From IMG/VR virus record IMGVR_UViG_3300009964_000017: 38,790 bases of DNA; one strand, written 5' to 3'. The notes beneath the pieces are model-generated. The model was not told the origin of the DNA, ran no database searches, and worked only from the letters and a program-made list of their open reading frames with translations. The stretch's first letter is position 1. Each line of letters opens with the position of its first letter. Origin of the DNA: a virus. The position numbers were made by a program, and so were the translations under genes. Shown here piece by piece: positions 18,096-25,775 of this stretch.

Positions 18096-20600
18096 ATGGT
18101 AAACATTGAGATTACTGGGGCTAACCGCCTAGCGGCTGTCACTGAGGAAGGGGCACTGTTTGGGAAGCCTCTAGAATCAGCCAAGGCTGCTGCACGTGAA
18201 ATCGTGGATGCACGTGTGCAAACTGTCGAGAATGCCCTGCCTGGGCGGGTTGAAGCAGTAGTCACAGAGAAACTGCCGGCAGCTGTGCAGGCTGCAACGG
18301 GTAGCGAGATTACCCGCCAGATTGACGAGCGTGTCACACCTACCATTGAGTCTAAGGTATCGTCCGTTATTACAGACAAAACGGCAGGTATCAAAACCGA
18401 GATACTATCCTCTGTTACTACAGAAATAGATAGTAAGGTGGAGGCTGGGAAAACTGCTGCGGTCACTGAGGCAAAGTCCGCTATCCCTGCCGTTGTGGAC
18501 TCTGCGGTTCATGAGGCTATCTCCAAAATAGATATTGGGGAAAAAGACTTCGGGTTCACTGGCCGCGACATTGCGGCTACCTCTTATTGGCACCCCGATT
18601 TTTGGAACGAGAACACGCAGAAAGGCTCAGAATGGCGTAAGCTCCTCAACACTGGGTCTTCCCTCGGCATCGTTGTTTTGGATAAGGCATCTGGTGAATG
18701 GGGAGATGCTGTAGACGAAAACTTCCTGAAACAAGGTATGCTCGCTGAGGCTGCGGGCGCGAAATGGTGTGCATTCTATCTGTCGTCACGTTTCGGTGCT
18801 ATGGCAGAGGAGGCGGACGCTGCGTATCGTGAAGAGGTTCGCAAAAATCTGAACGTGACAATGGATAAGGTCGAGCGTGCAACATTCGATAGGATCGTGC
18901 AGCAGGCTAAGAACATTATCTCGTGGTATAAGGGGCCTGATAAGATTCGGAAAGTCGCCATCTTTGTGGACGAGGCTGTGCATGGCTGGTCTGAGGGGCA
19001 GAAAAAGGTTGTCCCTTGGTATAAGCGCCTGTATTTGCGTCTCAAACGGGAGCTTGGCGAGGATGTTCTGATTATCATCAACCCTGGCGCGAACACTGTA
19101 CCGGAGATGATGGAAGCCTGCGACGTTGCTATCACCTATGAGTCGTCCGCGTCGAAATATATTGACCCGGAAACGAAGTTCATTCACCCAGACCACTATA
19201 AGACCATGCCCGCGTGGAGGTTCTGGCATGTTATTCATGGTGTCACTAAAGACAATATTGATGCCGTGTTTGCGACTGCTGAGAAGTTCAATATTGGGCA
19301 CCTGTACGCGACAGATCAGAAGTTCTCTGTCGGTACAGGTAGCGAGGATGAACCAGAAGAAAACCCCTACGACTATGCACCCTCTGATTGGGTTATCCAG
19401 GACACGAAATCGTGGGTGAAAGGTGTTCTACCGTTTGAGCAGCGCGTATCCGCGCTAGAGACTGTCCGTACTGTACCAGCTGGTGGAACATACAACCTCT
19501 CAGAGGGGCAGAGTATCGGAGGTTTCTTTCTGGCTGGTGCGGTTACCCACCCGACTGGTGTGCAGTGGCAGACCCCGAATAGTGTGGCACCGTCTACTGG
19601 GTTAGTTATCCTGATCCGCGCGAATGACACTATATATGGGTATGCGCCTGGCATGACCTCTGCACCTGTGCCGCAGCCAGCACCACCAGCCCCTGAGGCG
19701 GCAGCGTTGGCAGCACCGGCTAATATTCGGGTAGCACAGGTAGAAGGTGGGTTCACCGTATCGTGGGATACTGTGGCCGGGGCAACCAGTTACGAAATCT
19801 CCGTGGACGGTGCTACACCTGTCGAGGCGACGGCACCTCACAAGGTTGTTGCCGCAGCAGGGAAAACAGGGGTGCTGCAGCTCCGAGCTAAAAAAGGTAG
19901 CACCGTATCCGAGTGGGTACAGCAGCGCTACATGGTTGCTGAGGTGCCAGCCTCAGGTAAACCAGTTAAATGGGTCTTCACCTGGGCGCACGCTGGCTGG
20001 GCTGAGGGTGGGAAGGTTCTAAAGAATTTCTTCTACACACCGAAGCTCGATAGCACCCAGACTGGGCAGGCTACCGCCTATGAGCGCGCTGTATCTAGTG
20101 TAGATGGTACTGCGCTTGCTGAACCTAATAACGTCAGGATCGGTACCCAGTATTTGGCAACAAATACTGGTTTCATGTCTAAAGATGGTGACCGACTCAC
20201 GCTAACATATACGGGTGAGATGCCGCGTATCGAGGACGCACCCGCAGCTAACAGTGCCTGGCAGTACACGTTGGAGGTCGAAAAGCATGCGCTCTTGACG
20301 AAACCTGCGGCAGCGGGTGAAGGCCGTGTCTACGCGCTGGCAGCTGGTTTCGCGTATGATGAGCGTTGGGTGAACCAGCCGAATCTGGGGCAGACCCAGC
20401 AGCCAGTCAAGGCCGATGATAAGGGCATCGAGATTCGCCGTGAAGACGGTATCGTTATCATGTCTGTTATCCGCGCTAATGGGGATAAAGACCGTATCCA
20501 TTGGTTTGCTGCGAATGGCACTATTAAGACGTCAACCAGGCTAAATGTGCATGGTTGGCGTTGGGGTACGCTCACCGGTACCGAGTTCAAGGCGGCCTAA
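18096..20600 (+). CDS. Tail fibre / receptor-binding protein with a central spherulin-4-like glycosidase-like domain and an FN3 domain
   Basis: ATG at 18096 follows AAAAGGAAAGAG; the ORF-track start at 18030 overlaps the upstream gene. The central region carries IFVDEAVHGW...IIINPGANTV...AITYESS...WHVIHGV...IGHLYATDQ...NPYDYAPSDW. FN3-like PANIRVAQVEGGFTVSWDTVAGATSYEISVDG follows. Confidence 0.6.
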   Translation: MVNIEITGANRLAAVTEEGALFGKPLESAKAAAREIVDARVQTVENALPGRVEAVVTEKLPAAVQAATGSEITRQIDERVTPTIESKVSSVITDKTAGIKTEILSSVTTEIDSKVEAGKTAAVTEAKSAIPAVVDSAVHEAISKIDIGEKDFGFTGRDIAATSYWHPDFWNENTQKGSEWRKLLNTGSSLGIVVLDKASGEWGDAVDENFLKQGMLAEAAGAKWCAFYLSSRFGAMAEEADAAYREEVRKNLNVTMDKVERATFDRIVQQAKNIISWYKGPDKIRKVAIFVDEAVHGWSEGQKKVVPWYKRLYLRLKRELGEDVLIIINPGANTVPEMMEACDVAITYESSASKYIDPETKFIHPDHYKTMPAWRFWHVIHGVTKDNIDAVFATAEKFNIGHLYATDQKFSVGTGSEDEPEENPYDYAPSDWVIQDTKSWVKGVLPFEQRVSALETVRTVPAGGTYNLSEGQSIGGFFLAGAVTHPTGVQWQTPNSVAPSTGLVILIRANDTIYGYAPGMTSAPVPQPAPPAPEAAALAAPANIRVAQVEGGFTVSWDTVAGATSYEISVDGATPVEATAPHKVVAAAGKTGVLQLRAKKGSTVSEWVQQRYMVAEVPASGKPVKWVFTWAHAGWAEGGKVLKNFFYTPKLDSTQTGQATAYERAVSSVDGTALAEPNNVRIGTQYLATNTGFMSKDGDRLTLTYTGEMPRIEDAPAANSAWQYTLEVEKHALLTKPAAAGEGRVYALAAGFAYDERWVNQPNLGQTQQPVKADDKGIEIRREDGIVIMSVIRANGDKDRIHWFAANGTIKTSTRLNVHGWRWGTLTGTEFKAA

Positions 20601-21392
20601 ATGAGTATGCTATTAGGTTTACTTGCCGCAGGTGCTACCGTGCAGGCTACCGCGCCTATACCAGCGGTGCCTGCGGCTAAGCCGCCCTTCAAATTGGGGC
20701 GTGACACGAACCTTGTTATCCACGCTAACAGCTACTACGCACAGTGGACGTACCCGGGTATCCAGGATGTTGGCGAGTTGGGGGCATTGATTCGTGAGTC
20801 TGGTGTAACCGCCTCAAACTTTGCTATCCCGGGCACAACATGGGCTGTCATGACGCTATCTAACCAGAACGTCATTTCTGCTTTCGACCCTGCCAAAACT
20901 AATATTTTGGTTTGCGGTGAGACGCGGAATCAGACGTTTGAGCTAGGCTCTGTTATAGCTGATCCGCAGGTTCTCGTGCAGCGCACCCGCGCCTATATAA
21001 ACCGTATTCAGGCTGAAACCAAAGCTAAATACGGTAAAGGCTGGGACTATGTTGTGTTATGCGGGACAATAGCCACCCAGGATGTTCACAACTACCCGTC
21101 TGAACAGGTGCTTGCTGGGAATAATGCAATGGCAGCGTATGACGAGTTCATGCGCGATAGAGCTAATTTAGCGTCTGTTGGTGCAGACTATTTTGTGGAC
21201 TACCGTACCTTGGATGCGGCAACGTTTGACGGTGACGGCGTGAACCGGTTGGCTGGTTTCATGGCTTCCCCAGGGGTAACAGTTATGGAAAGGACAGCAG
21301 GCACGTTTGTGCACCCAATCGGTGCTGCTCGTGAGGCGTTCGCGGCTTGTATAGCACGGACGTTGAGGAAGGTAGCCGATGCCGCATCTTGA
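20601..21392 (+). CDS. Putative SGNH/GDSL-like hydrolase (tail-associated esterase candidate)
   Basis: The blocks resemble the SGNH pattern: LVIHANSYY (Ser block), NFAIPGTTWA (Gly block), ILVCGETRNQ (Asn block) and GTFVHPIGAAREAFA (His block). The gene starts immediately after the fibre gene stop. Confidence 0.35.
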   Translation: MSMLLGLLAAGATVQATAPIPAVPAAKPPFKLGRDTNLVIHANSYYAQWTYPGIQDVGELGALIRESGVTASNFAIPGTTWAVMTLSNQNVISAFDPAKTNILVCGETRNQTFELGSVIADPQVLVQRTRAYINRIQAETKAKYGKGWDYVVLCGTIATQDVHNYPSEQVLAGNNAMAAYDEFMRDRANLASVGADYFVDYRTLDAATFDGDGVNRLAGFMASPGVTVMERTAGTFVHPIGAAREAFAACIARTLRKVADAAS

Positions 21393-21834
21393 TTTTTATT
21401 CTGACGCGTTCTTCGGGTTCGCAGGCATCCTGGTTGGCGCTATTTTTGCGTGGTTTGGGAAGCGGAAAGAGCTTTCAGCTGGTGAGAATAAGGCGCGCTT
21501 GGATGCTACGGCGGCGCATGTTGATCGTCTTGACAGGGAAAATGAGAAGCTGCGGTCTAGGCTTGAGAAGATAGAGGAAGAGACTCGGCAGAGTCAGGCG
21601 GAGGCCTACGCGATGCAGGATAAGGCGCGTATGGCGTTGTCTATGGCGGTGTCGCATCTGGTTATGCTGACTGGGCATATTAATAATAGGATGCCGCCGC
21701 CTGCGCCTCCTATCCCGGACGAGTTGGAGTCGTATATTCATTCTCTGCTGTTGTGGTCTCAGAATTTTCCGACGGTTCAGCCGAAACAGCATGCGCAGCC
21801 GCGTGACCCGCCTAGTGACGGGGTAAGAGAGTAG
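21379..21834 (+). CDS. Membrane-anchored coiled-coil protein (function unknown; possible lysis accessory)
   Basis: The N-terminal TM segment is FFGFAGILVGAIFAWF, followed by the coiled coil DRLDRENEKLRSRLEKIEEETRQSQAEAYAMQDKAR and a Pro-rich tail. Confidence 0.4.
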   Translation: MPHLDFYSDAFFGFAGILVGAIFAWFGKRKELSAGENKARLDATAAHVDRLDRENEKLRSRLEKIEEETRQSQAEAYAMQDKARMALSMAVSHLVMLTGHINNRMPPPAPPIPDELESYIHSLLLWSQNFPTVQPKQHAQPRDPPSDGVRE

Positions 21835-21846
21835 AATAGATGTTGT

Positions 21847-21885
21847 GGGCAGCCCCATATATTTTTTGTGGGGCTGTCCTTATTT
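21847..21885 (+). terminator. Intrinsic terminator-like hairpin
   Basis: GGGCAGCCCCA (21847-21857) pairs with TGGGGCTGTCC (21869-21879), with one G-T pair, and is followed by TTATTT. Confidence 0.55.
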
Positions 21886-21905
21886 AGAGAAAGGAGGGGC
21901 TGTTT

Positions 21906-22775
21906 ATGGGTTATCAACTCGTGACTGACCGCGACGCAAAGAATTTCACTCTCGGCTCGCAGGTGCCAGCAGTCTTTGGCTACCAGCGTGTGATTACAAA
22001 CATTACGCTCCACTGGTGGGGTAAGCCGGAGTGGAAGCAAACCTGGGAGCAAGTCATGAATTTTTTCTGCGACTCGCCCAGTGTTACTACTAGCGCTCAT
22101 GAGGTCATCTCTGACGGTATTGTCGGTTTGATTGTGGATCATTCCGCCGCCGCTTGGGCTAACGGCAACTCACAGGGGAATGCTCAGAGTATCACGCTTG
22201 AATGCAACCCACGCATGAGCGTGGGAGATATGGGGACGGTAGCAGCCAGAATCGCCGATATATGGCGAGAGCAGGGGCGTATATTGCCTTTGACTGAGCA
22301 TCGAGATTGGTTCGCTACCGAATGCCCAGGCACCTATTCTAAGGCCGAGATGACTAGGCAGGCGATGCTCGCATATAAGGGTGTCGCAGCAGAAATCCAA
22401 ACAGCAATCAATGAAGGGGGTCTATCGGTGGCAGACATCGAGACCATTAACAAGAAGCTGGATTCCATCGCAGAGGGTATCCAGTACATTATTTCGTATT
22501 CGCAGCCTGGACGTGAAGGCATCAACGTTGACTCCACAACCGCGAATTGGATGCGTAATAGTGCCCGTGCCGCCGAGTCCTGGGCATACGGTATCGACGG
22601 TGTTTCGCATCAGGGACAGCTCAACCGTGAATTCCAGGATTTGCGCGCTAAGGTCAATGAGCTTGTGTCGCGCCCGGTCGCACAGTCTACGCAGGTTAGC
22701 ATCCAGGCGGACGATCTGCGGGCTGTAATTCGTGAAGAGCTATCTAATATCCGTTTGAAGGGAGAGGCTGCGTAA
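21906..22775 (+). CDS. Endolysin, N-acetylmuramoyl-L-alanine amidase (Amidase_2/PGRP type) with an unrecognised C-terminal domain
   Basis: Motifs TSAHEVIS, AAWANGNSQGNAQSITLECN and HRDWFATECPG are present. The RBS AAAGGAGGGG is strong. Confidence 0.85.
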   Translation: MGYQLVTDRDAKNFTLGSQVPAVFGYQRVITNITLHWWGKPEWKQTWEQVMNFFCDSPSVTTSAHEVISDGIVGLIVDHSAAAWANGNSQGNAQSITLECNPRMSVGDMGTVAARIADIWREQGRILPLTEHRDWFATECPGTYSKAEMTRQAMLAYKGVAAEIQTAINEGGLSVADIETINKKLDSIAEGIQYIISYSQPGREGINVDSTTANWMRNSARAAESWAYGIDGVSHQGQLNREFQDLRAKVNELVSRPVAQSTQVSIQADDLRAVIREELSNIRLKGEAA

Positions 22776-22776
22776 A

Positions 22777-23346
22777 ATGGCAGATAACACTACTAATGAG
22801 ACCCGATTCGTGGGTAATGTAACTAAGTCCACTACCGGCGCTACTTTGTTTGCTGGTTCGATCCTAACCATCGTAAATTATGGTCTCGCCCAGGCAGGTA
22901 TCACTATTCCTGCTGAGGTGCAGACAGCCGCTGTTACCGTGATTCTTGGTCTGGTTGTGCTGATTACTGGCCGGAATACTCGCGGCGAGAAGGCGCATCT
23001 TGAGGGTGCTATCCAGGGTGAGACCGCATCGGCGCTGGCAAATCTCGATTTGTACGAGGTTTTGGAGGCTATCGCTGATGGTGTGGCTGCTGATGCACGG
23101 AACGCGGCACCGCATGAGGCTGATGGTCGCGCTGCTTTTGAGGAGTACCGTAATACTGGTACAGTGCAGCCCGTGCAGCCTGCACAGCCTGATACTGTTG
23201 CTTATGATATGACCGGTGGCCGCGTATACCGTTTTGGGGAGCCTGGCGCTCCTGAGGGTGGCTCTGAGGGGCAGATTTATGATCCGCGTGTTGGTTGGGT
23301 TGATGATGTGCCCGACCAGTTCGGTAACGAGTCCGTACCGCACTAA
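22777..23346 (+). CDS. Holin (two TM helices, long C-terminal tail)
   Basis: The gene lies directly after the endolysin. The TM segments are ATLFAGSILTIVNYGLAQAGI and VQTAAVTVILGLVVLITG. Confidence 0.6.
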   Translation: MADNTTNETRFVGNVTKSTTGATLFAGSILTIVNYGLAQAGITIPAEVQTAAVTVILGLVVLITGRNTRGEKAHLEGAIQGETASALANLDLYEVLEAIADGVAADARNAAPHEADGRAAFEEYRNTGTVQPVQPAQPDTVAYDMTGGRVYRFGEPGAPEGGSEGQIYDPRVGWVDDVPDQFGNESVPH

Positions 23347-23380
23347 ACTTTGCAGCTATAAATGTTGAATAGTTGAACTA

Positions 23381-23425
23381 GATGCCCCGCAGCTCTAAAA
23401 ATTTGAGCTGCGGGGCATCTTTTTT
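23381..23425 (+). terminator. Strong rho-independent terminator closing the late operon
   Basis: A perfect 15-bp stem, GATGCCCCGCAGCTC (23381-23395) with GAGCTGCGGGGCATC (23405-23419), has a 9-nt loop and is followed by TTTTTT (23420-23425). Confidence 0.9.
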
Positions 23426-23461
23426 GCTTCCAAAAAATCCTTCTATAGGTTATTTGACAAG

Positions 23462-23686
23462 TTACGAGTGTTTCTGTCGGTACGCTTCTGATTTCCGATC
23501 CCCGCCAGGTTGTGGACGAGAAACATACCAAGCAGTCAACTGGTTAGCAGTCCATGCATGCTTGTTATCAACTATAATGGCAGGCTTAGGTAGTGGATGC
23601 TTCTTGTTGATGCGGGGAAGGGTATAGGCGGCGATACATAAATATTTCTCAGCCCCTCGCATGGTAAAAAATGGCCCTAAAGTCAT
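23462..23686 (-). CDS. AlpA/excisionase-like HTH DNA-binding protein (74 aa)
   Basis: The pattern FFTMRGAEKYLCIAAYTLPRINKKHPLPKPAIIVDNKHAWTANQLTAWY fits the AlpA/MerR-type excisionase HTH layout. A GAGGAGG RBS lies inside the end of the upstream gene. Confidence 0.55.
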   Translation of the reverse strand: MTLGPFFTMRGAEKYLCIAAYTLPRINKKHPLPKPAIIVDNKHAWTANQLTAWYVSRPQPGGDRKSEAYRQKHS

Positions 23687-23692
23687 TTGCTG

Positions 23693-23971
23693 CTACACCT
23701 CCTCTTTACTTAGAGATGTAAAGACAGCTCGCACACCTTGAATATGTGGCTGCTGCTCAATTCTATTGTCTCCTTGGGTCGCAGCATAATGTTTGAGACA
23801 GTCATAAACAGATCGTCCCACTGCCACAGTCTTTCCATTATTATCACGTGCAGCCCATTGCCGTGTCCGCTGAAAAAAGCTGCCTTTGCCTTTCATTGTG
23901 GCAACTTGCTCACCGTCTTTGTGAATTTCTACCTCAGAGTAGCTCCGCGAGTGTAACGTGTATTTTGTCAT
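23693..23971 (-). CDS. Hypothetical protein (92 aa), first gene of the cargo cassette
   Basis: The ORF is open to a TTG at 24019, but the ATG at 23971 is preferred. No motif was recognised. It is translationally coupled to the downstream HTH gene and the region is AT-rich. Confidence 0.5.
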   Translation of the reverse strand: MTKYTLHSRSYSEVEIHKDGEQVATMKGKGSFFQRTRQWAARDNNGKTVAVGRSVYDCLKHYAATQGDNRIEQQPHIQGVRAVFTSLSKEEV

Positions 23972-24019
23972 TCTTATTGCCTTATCTTTTTCTGTCAGTG
24001 CCGTATTACCCTGACACAA

Positions 24020-24319
24020 TCAAGTGTAAGCTATTTATACAGTTGAAAGCAAGTTTATATAGAGTTAAACAGCCTGCAAAATTTTTGAAAGTGGTGAGTT
24101 TATCGTGAATCCGTCCACCAGATAGTAATAAAAACCTTGTAATTACAAGGAAGTTGCACCGAAATCTAAAATCATATCTAAATTTCGTCACCTTCACCTA
24201 TCATCCCTAAAACTCAAGTCATACAATCCCGCGCACCGTGTATTCACAAGACCACAAGAGACTGAAACATATTTTAGAGTTCCTTAAAGTTCTTTATAAT
24301 CCTGTGCAAAATAGTGAGT
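24020..24319. other. Putative attP region
   Basis: A 300-bp AT-rich non-coding stretch directly 3' of int. It holds a perfect 16-bp palindrome CCTTGTAATTACAAGG (24135-24150) and 15-bp direct repeats GTGAGTTTAT[C/A]GTGA at 24094-24108 and 24314-24328. Confidence 0.6.
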
Positions 24320-25399
24320 TTATAGTGACTCACCATAAAGCGCCTTCTGCAGCACTGCCGAATTATCGGCGATGCCGCGCCGCTCAATATACGACCTGCG
24401 AGTCATAGAATCCTTCTCATGCCCCAATTGCACGGACGCAGCATTAGAGCCAGCAGCACGATCAATCAGTGTTGCCACCGTCCGCCGGAACGTGTGGAAC
24501 GTAACCCACTCCCAACTACTGCCCCGCAAAACGTTCCTGAGCACAGTCCCCGCGTTCGCGCCAGTCAATAGTCCACCACGCGAACCCACAAAAACAAATT
24601 CAGAGACACGCGGAACAGAAGAAAGCGCATCTATAATCCCAGCAGGCAGAATGACCGCACGAGCATGCCCAGTCTTCGTGTGCGCCTGCCAGCTCTTCGT
24701 GCGATCCACGACAGTTCCTCTAATTGTGCACTGCCGCGTCTCAAAATCAATATCTTGCCAGCGAATACCTAGCGCCTCACCAACCCGCGCACCTGTTGCC
24801 AGTAAGAAATCGACGAGTAAGGGAAGCCAAGCGCGGCCTTCACAACTATTCGCCAGATACTGCCGTAGCTCTATAATCTGTTCCACGGTCAGCGCTTTAG
24901 GTATTTTTCGTGCAGCAGGTGTTGCAGGGACTAGAGACATCGGGTTTGTGGTGATCGTGCCGTTGATAACTTCTCTATCTAGAGCCATTTTGAGGACGCG
25001 GCGGCATGTGCTTACTGTGGTTGGTTTAGCGTCTAGCTCTGTGATGTATCGGTAGAGCATCGGTGTTGATAGCTCGTGCACCTGCAGGTTGCCTATGTCT
25101 TTGCTGACGCGTTCTACTGCTGCCGTGTATGTTGGTTTGGTTTGCGGCGCGACCTTGTGTTGTCCTAGCCAGGATTCTAGAGCTTCTCGTAGCGTGGTTA
25201 TGGTAGCGCCGTGGGTGGTGAGGTTTTCGAGTTTTGCGGTTAGTCGTCGTTGAGCTGCCGCTTTGGTGGTTGCGCGCGCGGTTACGTCACGGCGCTTGCC
25301 GTATTGGTCTCTATAGTATGTTCTTGCGACCCATTGCCCTGTTTCTGTTTTGCGGGCGCTAATTTTTCCGTGCTGTCCTGGCGGTGTTCTGGGGCGCAT
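24320..25399 (-). CDS. int: Tyrosine integrase
   Basis: A 359-aa ORF. The N-terminus GKISARKTETGQWVARTYYRDQYGKRRDV is arm-binding-type. Catalytic-domain motifs are ATGARVGEALGIRWQDID, HTFRRTVATL and LGHEKDSMTRRSYIERR. Confidence 0.9.
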   Translation of the reverse strand: MRPRTPPGQHGKISARKTETGQWVARTYYRDQYGKRRDVTARATTKAAAQRRLTAKLENLTTHGATITTLREALESWLGQHKVAPQTKPTYTAAVERVSKDIGNLQVHELSTPMLYRYITELDAKPTTVSTCRRVLKMALDREVINGTITTNPMSLVPATPAARKIPKALTVEQIIELRQYLANSCEGRAWLPLLVDFLLATGARVGEALGIRWQDIDFETRQCTIRGTVVDRTKSWQAHTKTGHARAVILPAGIIDALSSVPRVSEFVFVGSRGGLLTGANAGTVLRNVLRGSSWEWVTFHTFRRTVATLIDRAAGSNAASVQLGHEKDSMTRRSYIERRGIADNSAVLQKALYGESL

Positions 25400-25451
25400 A
25401 TTTTTATCTGCCTATATATAGGAGTGAATGATAGGTACCCGTTTCGGGGTT

Positions 25452-25775
25452 TTAGAGGATCATGTCTAGGAGTTGCCGACTATCTCTTTCTAGCCTCCTC
25501 TCGGCGGTGGCAATAACGTCTGCTACGTCTACGTCGAGGGCTTCACAGATAGCCTCTAGTTCGTTGATGGTGAGGGGGCTTTCTGATTTGTTGATGGTGA
25601 CTGATAGGCGGCTTTTGCTGATGCCTGTCATGTCTTGAAGTTGGCGTAGTGAGTTGCTGCGGCGTCCGTTGAGTTCTTTTAGTTCTTCGTGGACTAGTTG
25701 ACTGAATGGGGAGGCTTTTCCGGTACCTTTTCGGTTTCCTCCATGACTGCCTATTTTCTTCAAGTTGTGGTTCAT
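25452..25775 (-). CDS. Immunity repressor (XRE-family HTH, CI-like)
   Basis: The HTH is LRQLQDMTGISKSRLSVTINKSESPLTINELEAICEALDV. The gene is divergent from a Cro-like gene and upstream of int on the same strand. Confidence 0.75.
   Translation of the reverse strand: MNHNLKKIGSHGGNRKGTGKASPFSQLVHEELKELNGRRSNSLRQLQDMTGISKSRLSVTINKSESPLTINELEAICEALDVDVADVIATAERRLERDSRQLLDMIL

Noticed and set aside
23343-23627. ORFs 23343-23531 (-) and 23382-23627 (+) spanning the late terminator.
   Set aside because: They run through the perfect terminator hairpin and overlap the better-supported AlpA-like gene. They have no RBS and no recognisable features.
24094-24120. A possible tRNA 3' end in attP (tcgtgaatccgtccacca ends in CCA; also aatcccgcgcacc at 24225-24237).
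   Set aside because: I could not build a 5-bp T-stem around a TTCRANT-like loop for either candidate. The resemblance is limited to a few bases. An attB search is needed before claiming tRNA targeting.
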